Under the pieces are notes generated by a model that was not told where the DNA came from, searched no databases, and was given only the letters and a program-made list of their open reading frames with translations. Source: Clostridia bacterium (GTDB lineage Bacteria > Bacillota > Clostridia > RUG12999). Taken from it: DNA of 57,244 nt. The stretch spans positions 1-57,244 of the forward strand of contig JAZNOL010000014.1 of assembly GCA_045580815.1 (NCBI GenBank). The letters are read 5' to 3'. Both the position numbers and the translations under genes were made by a program. Shown here in pieces: positions 1-10,112 of this stretch. Each line of letters starts with the position of its first letter. Within the stretch, counting starts at the first letter, position 1.

Positions 1-2
1 TG

Positions 3-1280
3 ACAATTAAACCGCCAAAAAAGAAAACTATGTACGCAAAAGAAGGGTTTATTACAGTTGCATTAAGCTGGATTGTAATGAGTGTTTTTGGTGCAATCCC
101 ATTTATTATATCCGGCAGTATTCCGAATTTCATAAATGCTGTTTTTGAAACTGCATCAGGATTCACAACAACAGGGGCTTCTGTTTTGACGGATGTTGAG
201 GTTTTACCCAAAAGTGTGCTTTTTTGGAGAAGTTTTACTCATTGGATAGGTGGAATGGGTGTTCTCGTGTTTTTGGTTGCTTTTTTACCACTTTCCGGTG
301 GCGACAACCAATACTTGATTAAAGCAGAAAGTCCCGGTCCGTCTGTTACAAAACTTGTCCCTCGTGTAAAATCCAGTGCAAAAATCTTATACTTAATATA
401 TATATTTATTACCGTTGTCGAAATAAGTCTGCTTCTTATCGGAAAAATGCCTTTATTTGAGGCGTTGACAACAACCTTCGGTACAGTTGGCACCGGTGGC
501 TTCGGGGTTAAAAATTCAAGTATTGCTAATTATTCGCCGTACATTCAGAATGTGATAACAGTATTTATGATAATTTCCGGTATTGATTTTACTTTTTATT
601 ATCTTATTTTAATAAAACGGTTCAACTCTGCATTCCATATGGAAGAAATCAGAACCTACTTACTGATAATTCTGACATCATCCATTATAATATTCATAAA
701 TTGTCGCGATATGTTTTCTACTTTTTCCGAAGGACTACGGCACAGCTTTTTTCAAGTAAGTACAATAATAACAACCACCGGATTTGCAACAATAGATTTT
801 GATCAGTGGCCTGAACTTTCAAAAAGCATTCTTGTTTTACTAATGTTTATAGGTGCGTGTGCCGGCAGTACCGGTGGCGGTATAAAGGTTTCAAGAATAG
901 TGATATTTTTAAAAAGCATCGTAAAAGAAATTAAAATTGCCGCCCATCCAAGAAGCACAATTAAAACAAAAATGAACGGACGTACAATTGAGCACGAAAC
1001 AATTCGTGCCGTAAATGTTTATATGGCTGCATATATTACAATACTTGCCGTATCAATTTTATTGATAAGTGTTGACAACCGTGATTTTACAACAAATTTT
1101 ACTGCTGTTGCTGCAACGCTCAACAACATAGGTCCCGGACTTGCCGGCGTAGGTCCTACATCCAACTTTTCAGAGTATTCATGTTTTTCAAAAATAATTT
1201 TAACTTTTGATATGCTTATTGGAAGGCTGGAAATATTCCCACTATTAGTATTATTTTCACCTAACGCATGGAAAAAATAA
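3..1280 (+). CDS. trkH: TrkH/KtrB-family potassium uptake membrane protein (5' end outside the window)
   Basis: Frame is open from base 3. Pore-loop motifs FETASGFTTTG, GTGGF, TTTGF and LNNIGPG, the GACAGSTGGG motif and the C-terminal GRLE are typical of TrkH. Confidence 0.93.
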   Translation, partial: TIKPPKKKTMYAKEGFITVALSWIVMSVFGAIPFIISGSIPNFINAVFETASGFTTTGASVLTDVEVLPKSVLFWRSFTHWIGGMGVLVFLVAFLPLSGGDNQYLIKAESPGPSVTKLVPRVKSSAKILYLIYIFITVVEISLLLIGKMPLFEALTTTFGTVGTGGFGVKNSSIANYSPYIQNVITVFMIISGIDFTFYYLILIKRFNSAFHMEEIRTYLLIILTSSIIIFINCRDMFSTFSEGLRHSFFQVSTIITTTGFATIDFDQWPELSKSILVLLMFIGACAGSTGGGIKVSRIVIFLKSIVKEIKIAAHPRSTIKTKMNGRTIEHETIRAVNVYMAAYITILAVSILLISVDNRDFTTNFTAVAATLNNIGPGLAGVGPTSNFSEYSCFSKIILTFDMLIGRLEIFPLLVLFSPNAWKK

Positions 1281-1284
1281 TATT

Positions 1285-1330
1285 AAAAAAGGCTTTAGCA
1301 AAATGAAATCATTTTACTAAAGCCTTTTTT
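1285..1330. terminator. Bidirectional intrinsic terminator between convergent trkH and the 1337-1858 gene
   Basis: AAAAAAGGCTTTAG...CTAAAGCCTTTTTT inverted repeat with A/T tracts on both sides. Confidence 0.85.
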
Positions 1331-1336
1331 TGTGGA

Positions 1337-1858
1337 CTATTTTAAATTTTTAAGATATTTTTCTGCCATAACAAAAAACTGATTGCCGAATATACTTAAA
1401 AAAACGTCATACAGCACCATGATCAAAATTTCGCCAAAAAACAAGGCAATATACACATAACCTGTTATTTTCTGACTCTCCGCTGCAAAGATATAAAATC
1501 CTATAAGAAAAACAGCGGATATAACCGCAAAACAGATAATTTTTAAAATCCATTCGATTTTTATATTGTTTTTCTGTTCAATAAAGGATTTTACAATTGC
1601 ATACAATCCAAAAAACAATGTATACCCTGCGGCATAAAATTTGTTGGGTAAAAGTATAAACAATAATGCTGCAACCGCTCCGTAGTGTGCAAATGCAAAT
1701 TTTCTGCCGCATGTTTTTGTTGTCAGCATTACTGCAAGTGTCGAAAGAGCCACTGCCGCAAGCTGCAAAGTGCCAACAGCGGTTGCAATATATAAAACTG
1801 CAACAATAACAGCGGCAAGCACAGCTGAAAAAGTAAGTTTTGAAGTGTTCGTTTTCAT
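1337..1858 (-). CDS. Hypothetical integral membrane protein (about 5 TM helices)
   Basis: 173 aa, mostly hydrophobic; AAAGGA RBS; directly downstream of tlyA on the same strand. Confidence 0.7.
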   Translation of the reverse strand: MKTNTSKLTFSAVLAAVIVAVLYIATAVGTLQLAAVALSTLAVMLTTKTCGRKFAFAHYGAVAALLFILLPNKFYAAGYTLFFGLYAIVKSFIEQKNNIKIEWILKIICFAVISAVFLIGFYIFAAESQKITGYVYIALFFGEILIMVLYDVFLSIFGNQFFVMAEKYLKNLK

Positions 1859-1876
1859 TTTTTTATTTCCTTTTGA

Positions 1877-2680
1877 CTAGTTGTCAAGCATATCATGAGC
1901 GTTTTTTACAACTGCTTTTATTTCGCTCTCAAGCACTGTTGTTTCGCCGTTTTTTTCAATATATATAAGATATTCTATGTTGCCTTCGGGTCCTTTTATC
2001 GGTGAAAAATCAAGACCCTTTACACCAAGTCCGTTATCGTTGCAAAAAGTGTAAATAGCTTCAACAACTTCTTCGTGAACAGCAGGGTCACGTACAACGC
2101 CTTTTTTGCCTACCTTTTCACGTCCGGCTTCAAACTGTGGTTTTATCAGGCACATAACATGTCCGTTTTCAGAAAGCAGTTCTTTTATGACAGGTAAAAC
2201 AAGTTTAAGTGAAATAAAAGACACATCCACAGAAGTAAAATCAATTTCGTCCGGAACATTTTCGTGTGTAAGATAACGGGCGTTTGTTCTTTCAAGATTT
2301 ACAACACGCTCATCGCAACGCAGTTTCCATGCAAGCTGTCCGTAGCCCACATCAACTGAATAAACCTTAACTGCTCCGTTTTGAAGCATACAATCGGTAA
2401 AGCCGCCTGTTGATGCACCCACATCCATACATACACAGCCGATAAGGTCAATTGAAAAGCTGTCAACCGCCTTTTCCAATTTGTAGCCGCCTCGGCTTAC
2501 ATAGGGCATCTGCTTGCCTCTCATTTCAACGACATCGTCCTCTTTAATCATTGTTCCGGCTTTGTCTTCTTTCTGGTCGTTTACAAAAATTATTCCCGAC
2601 ATAATGTATGCTTTTGCCTTTTCACGCGTTTCAGCATAACCGTTTTCTGTCAGATATACATCAAGCCTTTGCTTTGGCAT
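1877..2680 (-). CDS. tlyA: TlyA-family rRNA 2'-O-methyltransferase (S4 + FtsJ-like domain)
   Basis: N-terminal S4 (RLDVYL..G), YVSRGGYKL, SAM motif DVGASTGGFTD, DVSFISL, LIKPQFEAG and GNIEYL; usual position after dxs. Confidence 0.95.
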   Translation of the reverse strand: MPKQRLDVYLTENGYAETREKAKAYIMSGIIFVNDQKEDKAGTMIKEDDVVEMRGKQMPYVSRGGYKLEKAVDSFSIDLIGCVCMDVGASTGGFTDCMLQNGAVKVYSVDVGYGQLAWKLRCDERVVNLERTNARYLTHENVPDEIDFTSVDVSFISLKLVLPVIKELLSENGHVMCLIKPQFEAGREKVGKKGVVRDPAVHEEVVEAIYTFCNDNGLGVKGLDFSPIKGPEGNIEYLIYIEKNGETTVLESEIKAVVKNAHDMLDN

Positions 2681-4523
2681 TTAAAAATTCATCTCCTGTA
2701 ATTTTTGCAATATTTTCGGCATCAAGCCCGCAATTTTTCATAAGAATATCACGTTTTCCGTGATTAAGCGGCACATTTTCAATTGATAAGCATTTCAGCC
2801 GGCAATCCGGGTTCAGATTTGAATGTAATAAAGCTATTTCCTCCCCTAATCCGCCGTCAGAAATATTATCTTCAACAGTAACCATAACTGAGTATTTATC
2901 AAAAAGTTGTTTGATTAGCTCTGTATCAATAGGCTTTACAAATCTCATATCTGCAACTGCAACGTTTATCCCTTGGCTATCAAGCCTGCTTGCAGCATCA
3001 AGTGCCACAGAAACGGTGCTTCCGGCAGTAATTATAACAGCATCTTTGCCGTCTTTTAAAATCTCGCCTTTTCCGTATTCAATATCAGTTTTGTATTCAA
3101 TGTTTTTTTCTTCCGAGCCTCTCGGGTATCTTACAGCAACCGGACCACTACATTTGTTTACAGCAAAATCAAGCATTTTCTCAAGCTCGCTGTAACATGA
3201 CGGCGCCATAACCATCATGTTCGGAATAGTCCTCAAATACGATAAATCATATATTCCCTGATGTGTTGCACCGTCGGCACCTACAATTCCTGCTCTGTCA
3301 ACAGCAAAAACAACATGAAGGTTCTGCAAAGCAACATCATGCAGAATCTGGTCATATGCTCTTTGTAAAAATGTTGAATATACAGCAAAAACAGGAATAA
3401 TACCCATTTTAGCCATACCGGCACACATGGTTACTGCGTGCTGTTCGGCAATACAAACATCGAAATACCTTTCGGGAAATTTGTTTCTGAACTCTGTTAA
3501 ACCTGTGCCGTCAGGCATTGCCGCTGTAACCGCAACAATTTTCTCGTTGTTTTCAGCAAGCGTACAGAGGTGTTTTCCAAAAACCGAAGAATAGTCGCTG
3601 TTTCCAGAAAAAATTTCACCGGTTTCAACATCAAAACACGAAACGCCGTGAAATCTTTTTGGTTTTTCTTCGGCAGGAATATAGCCTTTTCCCTTTTTAG
3701 TAATGACATGTATTACAACATTTTCGTCGGTATTTTTTACCCGCTGAAAAATCTTTATAAGGGTTTTGATGTCATGACCGTCATAGGGGCCAAGGTATCT
3801 AAATCCAAGTGCTTCAAAAATGTTTTCTTTAAGAAAAAGCCTTTTTACAGTTTCTTTAAATCCGTATGCAATTTTCCAAAGTGTTTTCTTATTAGAAAGA
3901 GATTTTTCTGTTGCACGCTTAATTCTATTGTAAACATTACCGCTTCTAAGATTACTCAGTTGCCTGGATAATCCGCCGACATTTCTTGAAATAGACATCT
4001 GGTTGTCATTTAAAACAACAATCATGCCCTGGTCTTTTTGCCCTGCATCTGCTAATGCCTCACAAGCCATTCCGCCGGTTAATGCACCGTCTCCGATAAC
4101 GCTGACAACTTTATAATCTTTGCCCAAAAGCTCTCTTGCCCGTATCATTCCTAAAGCGGCAGACACTGATGTGCTGCTGTGCCCTGTGTCAAAACAGTCC
4201 GCTTCATTTTCGGCAGTTTTGGGGAAACCGGAAATACCACCATAGGTACGCAGGCTGTTAAAACTGTCTTTGCGTCCGTTGATTATTTTGTGAACATAGC
4301 ATTGGTGACCTACGTCCCATATAATCTTATCTTCGGGAACATCAAAAACATAATTAAGTGCAACTGTAATTTCTGTAACTCCCAAATTTGAAGCAAGATG
4401 TCCGCCTGTTTTTGAAATTGTTTCAACAAGAAGTTTTCTGACCTCTTCACAATATTCAGACAATTGGTTTATATTTAATTTTTTTAAGTCTTCGGCATTG
4501 TTTACTGTATCTAAAATATTCAA
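2661..4523 (-). CDS. dxs: 1-deoxy-D-xylulose-5-phosphate synthase
   Basis: GGHLASNLG, WDVGHQ, TPP motif GDGALTGG...LNDN, IAEQH, FLQRAYDQ, DGATHQG. Start re-assigned to TTG at 4523, 7 nt after a GGAGG RBS (the ORF track starts at 4595). Confidence 0.97.
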   Translation of the reverse strand: MNILDTVNNAEDLKKLNINQLSEYCEEVRKLLVETISKTGGHLASNLGVTEITVALNYVFDVPEDKIIWDVGHQCYVHKIINGRKDSFNSLRTYGGISGFPKTAENEADCFDTGHSSTSVSAALGMIRARELLGKDYKVVSVIGDGALTGGMACEALADAGQKDQGMIVVLNDNQMSISRNVGGLSRQLSNLRSGNVYNRIKRATEKSLSNKKTLWKIAYGFKETVKRLFLKENIFEALGFRYLGPYDGHDIKTLIKIFQRVKNTDENVVIHVITKKGKGYIPAEEKPKRFHGVSCFDVETGEIFSGNSDYSSVFGKHLCTLAENNEKIVAVTAAMPDGTGLTEFRNKFPERYFDVCIAEQHAVTMCAGMAKMGIIPVFAVYSTFLQRAYDQILHDVALQNLHVVFAVDRAGIVGADGATHQGIYDLSYLRTIPNMMVMAPSCYSELEKMLDFAVNKCSGPVAVRYPRGSEEKNIEYKTDIEYGKGEILKDGKDAVIITAGSTVSVALDAASRLDSQGINVAVADMRFVKPIDTELIKQLFDKYSVMVTVEDNISDGGLGEEIALLHSNLNPDCRLKCLSIENVPLNHGKRDILMKNCGLDAENIAKITGDEFLNAKAKA

Positions 4524-4576
4524 GTAATGTGCCTCCATATATTTTTCATTAGCAAATCTAAACATATTATATAATA

Positions 4577-4605
4577 ATAATACCACATTTAACACGTTTT
4601 GTAAA
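4577..4605 (-). promoter_or_regulatory. sigmaA promoter for dxs-tlyA-membrane protein
   Basis: TTTACA-17 nt-TATTAT with extended TG on the minus strand. Confidence 0.6.
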
Positions 4606-4643
4606 GCAAAACCACGATTTTTTTATAATTTTTTGCAATTCTA

Positions 4644-4672
4644 TTGAAAAAAAACAAAAATTGTGATATAAT
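4644..4672 (+). promoter_or_regulatory. sigmaA promoter for mnmE-tsaD
   Basis: TTGAAA-17 nt-TATAAT with extended TG; divergent from the dxs promoter. Confidence 0.7.
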
Positions 4673-4709
4673 GGCAATGTTAATATTATAATGTTAAGGA
4701 TTGTTTTTT

Positions 4710-6080
4710 ATGATGTTTTCAGATACTATTGTCGCTATTGCAACTCCGCCGGGATTTGGCGGAATAAGCATAGTCCGGCTCAGCGGAAAAAACAGCATTG
4801 ATATTGTAAATAAACTATTTTCCAAGGACATCGGTAATGCTGACGGTTACACAATTCATTACGGCAAAATAACCGATAATAACGGCAAAGTTCTTGACGA
4901 GGTGCTTGTGAGCGTTTTTCGTGCACCAAAGTCGTATACAGGAGAAAACTCGGTTGAGATTAACTGTCACGGCGGCATGACCGGAGCAAACGCAATTTTA
5001 TTGCAATGCATTAAAAGCGGTGCAAGGGCGGCACTTGGCGGCGAATTTACAAAACGTGCTTTTTTAAACGGCAAAATTGATTTGGCACAGGCAGAAGCTG
5101 TTGCGGATATTATTAATTCCAACAGCGAAAAAGCTCTCTCTCTTGGTGTAAATCAGCTTGGTGGTGCTCTTTCTGGGCAGATTAACAAAGCCCGTGAGCA
5201 TCTTATTACAATAATGGCACAAATAAGTTCTGAGGCAGATTTTCCCGATGAGGGCGTGTCAGGCTTTTCTGATGACAGTTTAAAATCAGAAATATCCGCA
5301 AGTCTTGAAATTCTTTCAAAGCTCCTCGAAACTGCTCATGAAGGCAGATTGGTTCGTGACGGCATTTCTGTTGCTCTTTTGGGAAAACCAAACGCCGGAA
5401 AATCATCTCTTCTCAATGCACTCCTTAATAAAAACAGAGCGATTGTAACAGCTATTCCCGGCACAACACGAGATACTGTTGAAGATTATATGCAGCTTGA
5501 CGGAATAGCCCTCAAAATCATTGATACCGCCGGAATCCGAACTGCATCGGACGAGGTTGAAAAAATTGGTATTGATCTTTCAAAAAAAGCAGCTCAGGAA
5601 GCGGATATATCCATATATGTTGCCGATTTATCAACTGAGCCTGACGCTGACGATAAGCAAATTGCCACACTTTTGAAAGATAAAAAGGTTGTTCTTGTAT
5701 TAAATAAAACCGATATTGCAAAAGACGGATTGGACGAAAAATATAAATTGATTTTTGAAAATGCACCTGTGTGTTATATTTGTGCACAGACAAGCGAAGG
5801 CATTGGCGGCGTAAAAGATACAATCAAAACTATTATAAATACTCAGAATATAAACACCGCTTCATCGGCTATGCTTACAAACATACGCCATATTGAAGCT
5901 GTAACAAACGCATATAATCTTGTTAAAAATTCCATTGACGCATATAACACCGGTATTCCGGCAGATTTTATTTCTGTGGATTTACAGTCTGCAATTGAGC
6001 ACCTTGGTTCTGTTACCGGAATGAATGTTTCTGAAGAGATTGTTGATCGTGTGTTTAAAGATTTTTGCGTCGGAAAATGA
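4710..6080 (+). CDS. mnmE: tRNA modification GTPase MnmE (TrmE)
   Basis: [37 protein letters not shown]1 [22 protein letters not shown] and C-terminal FCVGK. Start probably ATG 4710 or 4713. Confidence 0.97.
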   Translation: MMFSDTIVAIATPPGFGGISIVRLSGKNSIDIVNKLFSKDIGNADGYTIHYGKITDNNGKVLDEVLVSVFRAPKSYTGENSVEINCHGGMTGANAILLQCIKSGARAALGGEFTKRAFLNGKIDLAQAEAVADIINSNSEKALSLGVNQLGGALSGQINKAREHLITIMAQISSEADFPDEGVSGFSDDSLKSEISASLEILSKLLETAHEGRLVRDGISVALLGKPNAGKSSLLNALLNKNRAIVTAIPGTTRDTVEDYMQLDGIALKIIDTAGIRTASDEVEKIGIDLSKKAAQEADISIYVADLSTEPDADDKQIATLLKDKKVVLVLNKTDIAKDGLDEKYKLIFENAPVCYICAQTSEGIGGVKDTIKTIINTQNINTASSAMLTNIRHIEAVTNAYNLVKNSIDAYNTGIPADFISVDLQSAIEHLGSVTGMNVSEEIVDRVFKDFCVGK

Positions 6081-6103
6081 TTTTTTTGCGGAGGAAACAC
6101 AAA

Positions 6104-7123
6104 TTGAAATATATACTTGGAATAGAAAGTTCCTGTGATGAAACATCTGTTGCAGTTGTTTCTGACGGAAGAAAAATTCATTCAAATGTAATATCTACGC
6201 AGATAGAAACTCACAAACAGTTTGGCGGTGTTGTTCCGGAAATAGCATCAAGAATGCACACCGAGGCAATAAACGCCGTATATAAACAAGCACTTAAAGA
6301 AAGCGCTATTTCTGTTAATGACATTTCAGCAATTGCAGTTACTGCCGGTCCCGGTCTTGTGGGTGCGTTGCTTGTGGGTGTGTCATTTGCCAAATCTCTT
6401 GCGTATGCAACAGACAAACCTCTTGTTCCTGTTCATCATATTGAGGGACACATTGCCGCAAACTATCTGGCTCATGAGAATTTAGAGCCGCCGTTTGTTT
6501 GTCTTGTGGCATCTGGCGGGCACAGTCATATTGTTTATGTTAAAAATCATTATGAGTTTGAAATTTTAGGAAGAAGCCGTGACGACGCGGCAGGAGAAGC
6601 CTTTGACAAAGTTTCGCGCGTGCTTGGTTTCGGTTATCCCGGTGGTCCTGCAATTGAACGCGAAGCAAAAAACGGTGACAAGGATGCAATAAAGTTTCCC
6701 CGTGTTCACTTTGAAAACAGCCTTGATTTCAGCTTTAGCGGAGTCAAAACCTCAGTAATTAACTACCTGCACAAGGCTGAGCAAAAAGGCGAAGAAATCA
6801 ATAAAAACGATGTTGCGGCATCTTTCCAGAATGCAGCAGTTGAAATTTTAACCGAAAATACAATCAAAGCCGCAATTCAGAAACAGGTTAAAACAATTTG
6901 TCTTGCCGGCGGAGTTGCCTCAAACACTGCCCTTAGACAGTCGCTTTATAACAAGGCAAAGCAGATAGGTGCCGAGCTTTACTATCCCCCACCCGTTTTA
7001 TGTACTGACAACGCAGCAATGATTGCGGCGGCGGGTTTTTATGAATTTGAAAACAAAACACAAGCTGATTTATCACTTAACGCCTATCCATCGGTTTCTC
7101 TTGGTGATAAATTTGCTCTTTGA
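6104..7123 (+). CDS. tsaD: tRNA N6-threonylcarbamoyladenosine biosynthesis protein TsaD (Gcp/Kae1)
   Basis: [56 protein letters not shown]. Start is TTG 6104 after GGAGG. Confidence 0.97.
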   Translation: MKYILGIESSCDETSVAVVSDGRKIHSNVISTQIETHKQFGGVVPEIASRMHTEAINAVYKQALKESAISVNDISAIAVTAGPGLVGALLVGVSFAKSLAYATDKPLVPVHHIEGHIAANYLAHENLEPPFVCLVASGGHSHIVYVKNHYEFEILGRSRDDAAGEAFDKVSRVLGFGYPGGPAIEREAKNGDKDAIKFPRVHFENSLDFSFSGVKTSVINYLHKAEQKGEEINKNDVAASFQNAAVEILTENTIKAAIQKQVKTICLAGGVASNTALRQSLYNKAKQIGAELYYPPPVLCTDNAAMIAAAGFYEFENKTQADLSLNAYPSVSLGDKFAL

Positions 7124-7127
7124 AAAA

Positions 7128-7176
7128 TGTGTATAATGTGCAAAACTTTATCCACAACACCAAAAACTGTGGATAA
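7128..7176. promoter_or_regulatory. DnaA-box cluster (4 boxes)
   Basis: TGTGTATAA 7128-7136, TGTGCAAAA 7137-7145 (1 mismatch), TTATCCACA 7148-7156 and TGTGGATAA 7168-7176, compared with consensus TTATNCACA. Confidence 0.85.
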
Positions 7177-7258
7177 GTTACTATACAACTTACTTTTTCA
7201 GACATTTAATGTTAAAAAGTGTGTTGAAAACCAAAAAATATTGTGGAGGTAATTACAA

Positions 7259-8926
7259 ATGAAAACAGACATTGAAATTGCAAGAGAATGCAAATTGCAG
7301 CCTATTGAAGAAATTGCTGCAAAAATCGGTATAAGCCGCGACGACCTTGAGTTTTACGGCAAATACAAAGCAAAACTCAGCGATGAGCTTATTGAAAAGC
7401 TTTCCTCAAACAAAGAGGGTAAACTCATTCTTGTTACAGCTATTAACCCAACACCTGCCGGCGAAGGAAAATCAACAGTTTCGGTTTCTCTTGCCCAGGC
7501 GATGAGCAAAATCGGCACAAAAACAATGCTTGCACTGCGTGAGCCTTCACTTGGTCCGGTTTTCGGTATTAAAGGCGGTGCCGCAGGTGGCGGTTATTCA
7601 CAGGTTGTTCCTATGGAAGATATTAATCTGCATTTCACAGGCGACCTGCACGCTATGACAGCGGCAAACAATCTGCTTTCTGCTCTTATAGACAACCATC
7701 TTCAGCAGGGCAACGAACTCGGAATCAATCCTAAAAGAATTGTATGGAAACGTTGTCTCGACATTAACGACAGAGCACTCCGCAGCGTTATTGTAGGTAT
7801 GGGTGCACCGGCTGACGGTGTTGTTCGTCAGGATGGTTTCCAGAATACTGTTGCTTCTGAAATTATGGCAATTATGTGTCTTGCAGAAAATATGGAAGAC
7901 CTTAAAAACAGACTTTCAAAAATTATTGTTGCATATACTTACGCAGGCAAACCGGTTACTGCTGCTGATTTAAAAGCTGTTGGTTCAATGGCTGTTCTGC
8001 TTAAAGACGCACTTAAACCTAACCTTGTTCAGACGCTGGAAAACACACCCTGTCTTATCCACGGCGGACCTTTTGCGAACATCGCTCACGGCTGTAACAG
8101 TGTACGTGCAACAAAAACAGCACTTCGTCTTGGTGATTACTGCGTAACCGAAGCAGGCTACGGTGCTGACCTTGGCGGTGAAAAATTCCTTGATATAAAA
8201 TGTGTTCTTGCAGGTCTTAAACCTCAGGCTGTTGTGGTTGTTGCAACAGTTCGTGCACTTAAATATAACGGCGGCGTTGCAAAAGATGCACTCACAACAG
8301 AAAATGTTGAGGCACTCAAAAAAGGTCTCCCCAACCTTGGCAAACACATCGAAAACATTCAGTCAACCGGAATCAATCCCATTGTTGCTCTTAACCGTTT
8401 TGCTTGTGATACTGATGCAGAGCTTAAAACAGTTATGGAATATTGTGAAAACTTAGGCGTAAGTGTAAGCCTTTGTGAAGGCTTTGCCAAAGGTGGCGAA
8501 GGTGCAATTGACCTTGCAAATAAGGTTGTGGCAGCAACAGAAAATTATGTGGATTACAAACCGTTCTACGACAAAAATGCACCTATTAAAGAAAAAATTG
8601 AAACAATTGTTAAAAAAGTTTACGGTGGTAGCGGCGTATCATACAGCGCAGCAGCAGAAAAAGCAATCAAAGAAATTGAAGCACTTGGTTTTGACAAAAT
8701 CCCTGTATGTATGGCAAAAACTCAGTATTCACTTTCCGATAACGCAACACTTCTGGGTCGCCCCGAAGGCTTTACCGTAAATGTTCGTGAAGTAAGAGTT
8801 TCAGCAGGTGCAGGCTTTGTTGTTGCAATAACGGGCGAAATTATGACAATGCCCGGTCTGCCCAAAGTTCCGGCGGCAAACAACATCGATATTGACGAAA
8901 ACGGCGTAATCGACGGACTGTTCTAA
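7259..8926 (+). CDS. fhs: Formate--tetrahydrofolate ligase
   Basis: [74 protein letters not shown]; GGAGG RBS. Confidence 0.98.
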   Translation: MKTDIEIARECKLQPIEEIAAKIGISRDDLEFYGKYKAKLSDELIEKLSSNKEGKLILVTAINPTPAGEGKSTVSVSLAQAMSKIGTKTMLALREPSLGPVFGIKGGAAGGGYSQVVPMEDINLHFTGDLHAMTAANNLLSALIDNHLQQGNELGINPKRIVWKRCLDINDRALRSVIVGMGAPADGVVRQDGFQNTVASEIMAIMCLAENMEDLKNRLSKIIVAYTYAGKPVTAADLKAVGSMAVLLKDALKPNLVQTLENTPCLIHGGPFANIAHGCNSVRATKTALRLGDYCVTEAGYGADLGGEKFLDIKCVLAGLKPQAVVVVATVRALKYNGGVAKDALTTENVEALKKGLPNLGKHIENIQSTGINPIVALNRFACDTDAELKTVMEYCENLGVSVSLCEGFAKGGEGAIDLANKVVAATENYVDYKPFYDKNAPIKEKIETIVKKVYGGSGVSYSAAAEKAIKEIEALGFDKIPVCMAKTQYSLSDNATLLGRPEGFTVNVREVRVSAGAGFVVAITGEIMTMPGLPKVPAANNIDIDENGVIDGLF

Positions 8927-8942
8927 AAATATTCATGATATG

Positions 8943-8977
8943 AAAAAGCGTGCACCGCTAAGCGGTGCACGCTTTTT
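8943..8977. terminator. Bidirectional intrinsic terminator between fhs and the nitrogenase-like operon
   Basis: Perfect 16-bp inverted repeat AAAAAGCGTGCACCGC-TAA-GCGGTGCACGCTTTTT. Confidence 0.92.
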
Positions 8978-8985
8978 GCTCAGTA

Positions 8986-10101
8986 TTAAAACCCACTTCC
9001 TGCTTCCTGCGATGGCTCAAAGATGGATTTTGCCTGGCTGTCTGTAAGTTCTATACCAAAAACTTCTTTATAATATTTTTTTGTTTCTGCTGTGATGTCG
9101 ATATCTTCAAACAACTGCGGATATGTGTTTTTTGCAAGCCACATTAAAGTTATGGGAGTATCTGCACCGGGCGTATAGCTTCTGTATATACCAAGCGGCA
9201 TTTTAAACACATTTTTGTTCTGCACAGCCTTTATACCGCTCCAGTCATATGCACCGACAGTATTTTCGTATAAATCTTTCGGAAAAGCCTCTGTAAAATT
9301 GCTTATAAATATTGTATCGGGATTCCAGACGTAAACCTGCTCAATATTAACGTGCTGTTCATTGTCTCCCGAAAGCTCTTTTGCAACATTTTTTGCACCG
9401 ATTGCATCAGCCCACCAATCACCGAAAAAGTTGTCTCCGGCGGTGACAATCGCGCTGTCGTTATATTTGAACAAGAAAAATACTTCTGCTTTTTCTTCGT
9501 CAGAAAGATTTTTAACACGTTCTTGTATCATATTGTACACATTGTTGCTATACTCTGCAACAGTATCTGCTTTGCTGTTTTCGGGAAACATCTGATTAAG
9601 AAGTGAAATCCAGTTATTTAAGGTTTCTATACAATTATACTCCCATTTGTTAACCGATACGGCAACAGCATTAAATCCGGCGTTCTTAAGCTGTTCTCCC
9701 TGTTTGGGCTTTGATGCACTGTAAATAACCACATCGGGATTTAATTTCATAAGCTCTTCGGTGTTAAGCTCTCCGCCGGCAAGAAAACCGGTGGAAGCAT
9801 TTAAAATTTCGGGATACAGTTTTGAAAGCAGGCTGTTTTTTGCAGCATTCATACTTCCGGGAGCCATTGCAACAATTTTTTCTCCACTATCAAAAAAGGT
9901 TGCTATAACCGATGGAAGCGGCAATATGTCGCAAACAGCAATACGCTCGATTTTTGCCGGAAGTACAACTTCGTTGTCAAGATGGTCAATAACAGTAATT
10001 GTATCGCCTAAAACCTGTTTTTCTGCCGGTGAACACGCAGAAAGTGTCAATATTAATACCACAGCTAAAATAAGTGATAATTTTCTAAAAATTTTTTTCA
10101 T
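8986..10101 (-). CDS. ABC transporter substrate-binding lipoprotein, helical-backbone (BtuF/FhuD/FepB-like) class
   Basis: Signal peptide with lipobox LSAC; ITVIDHLDNEV.LP..IERI, NTEELMKLNPDVVI, VNIEQV..WNPD.IFI, W..IKAVQN..V; AGGAGG RBS; last gene of the operon. Confidence 0.88.
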   Translation of the reverse strand: MKKIFRKLSLILAVVLILTLSACSPAEKQVLGDTITVIDHLDNEVVLPAKIERIAVCDILPLPSVIATFFDSGEKIVAMAPGSMNAAKNSLLSKLYPEILNASTGFLAGGELNTEELMKLNPDVVIYSASKPKQGEQLKNAGFNAVAVSVNKWEYNCIETLNNWISLLNQMFPENSKADTVAEYSNNVYNMIQERVKNLSDEEKAEVFFLFKYNDSAIVTAGDNFFGDWWADAIGAKNVAKELSGDNEQHVNIEQVYVWNPDTIFISNFTEAFPKDLYENTVGAYDWSGIKAVQNKNVFKMPLGIYRSYTPGADTPITLMWLAKNTYPQLFEDIDITAETKKYYKEVFGIELTDSQAKSIFEPSQEAGSGF

Positions 10102-10112
10102 TCTTATCCTCC

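Noticed and set aside
1877-2680. Hemolysin/virulence factor
   Set aside because: TlyA in the dxs context is the housekeeping rRNA methyltransferase; there is no sequence evidence for a toxin role.
7100-7258. Chromosomal origin oriC
   Set aside because: No dnaA, dnaN, rpmH or gyrB nearby and only four boxes, so it is treated as a non-origin DnaA-box cluster pending GC-skew data.
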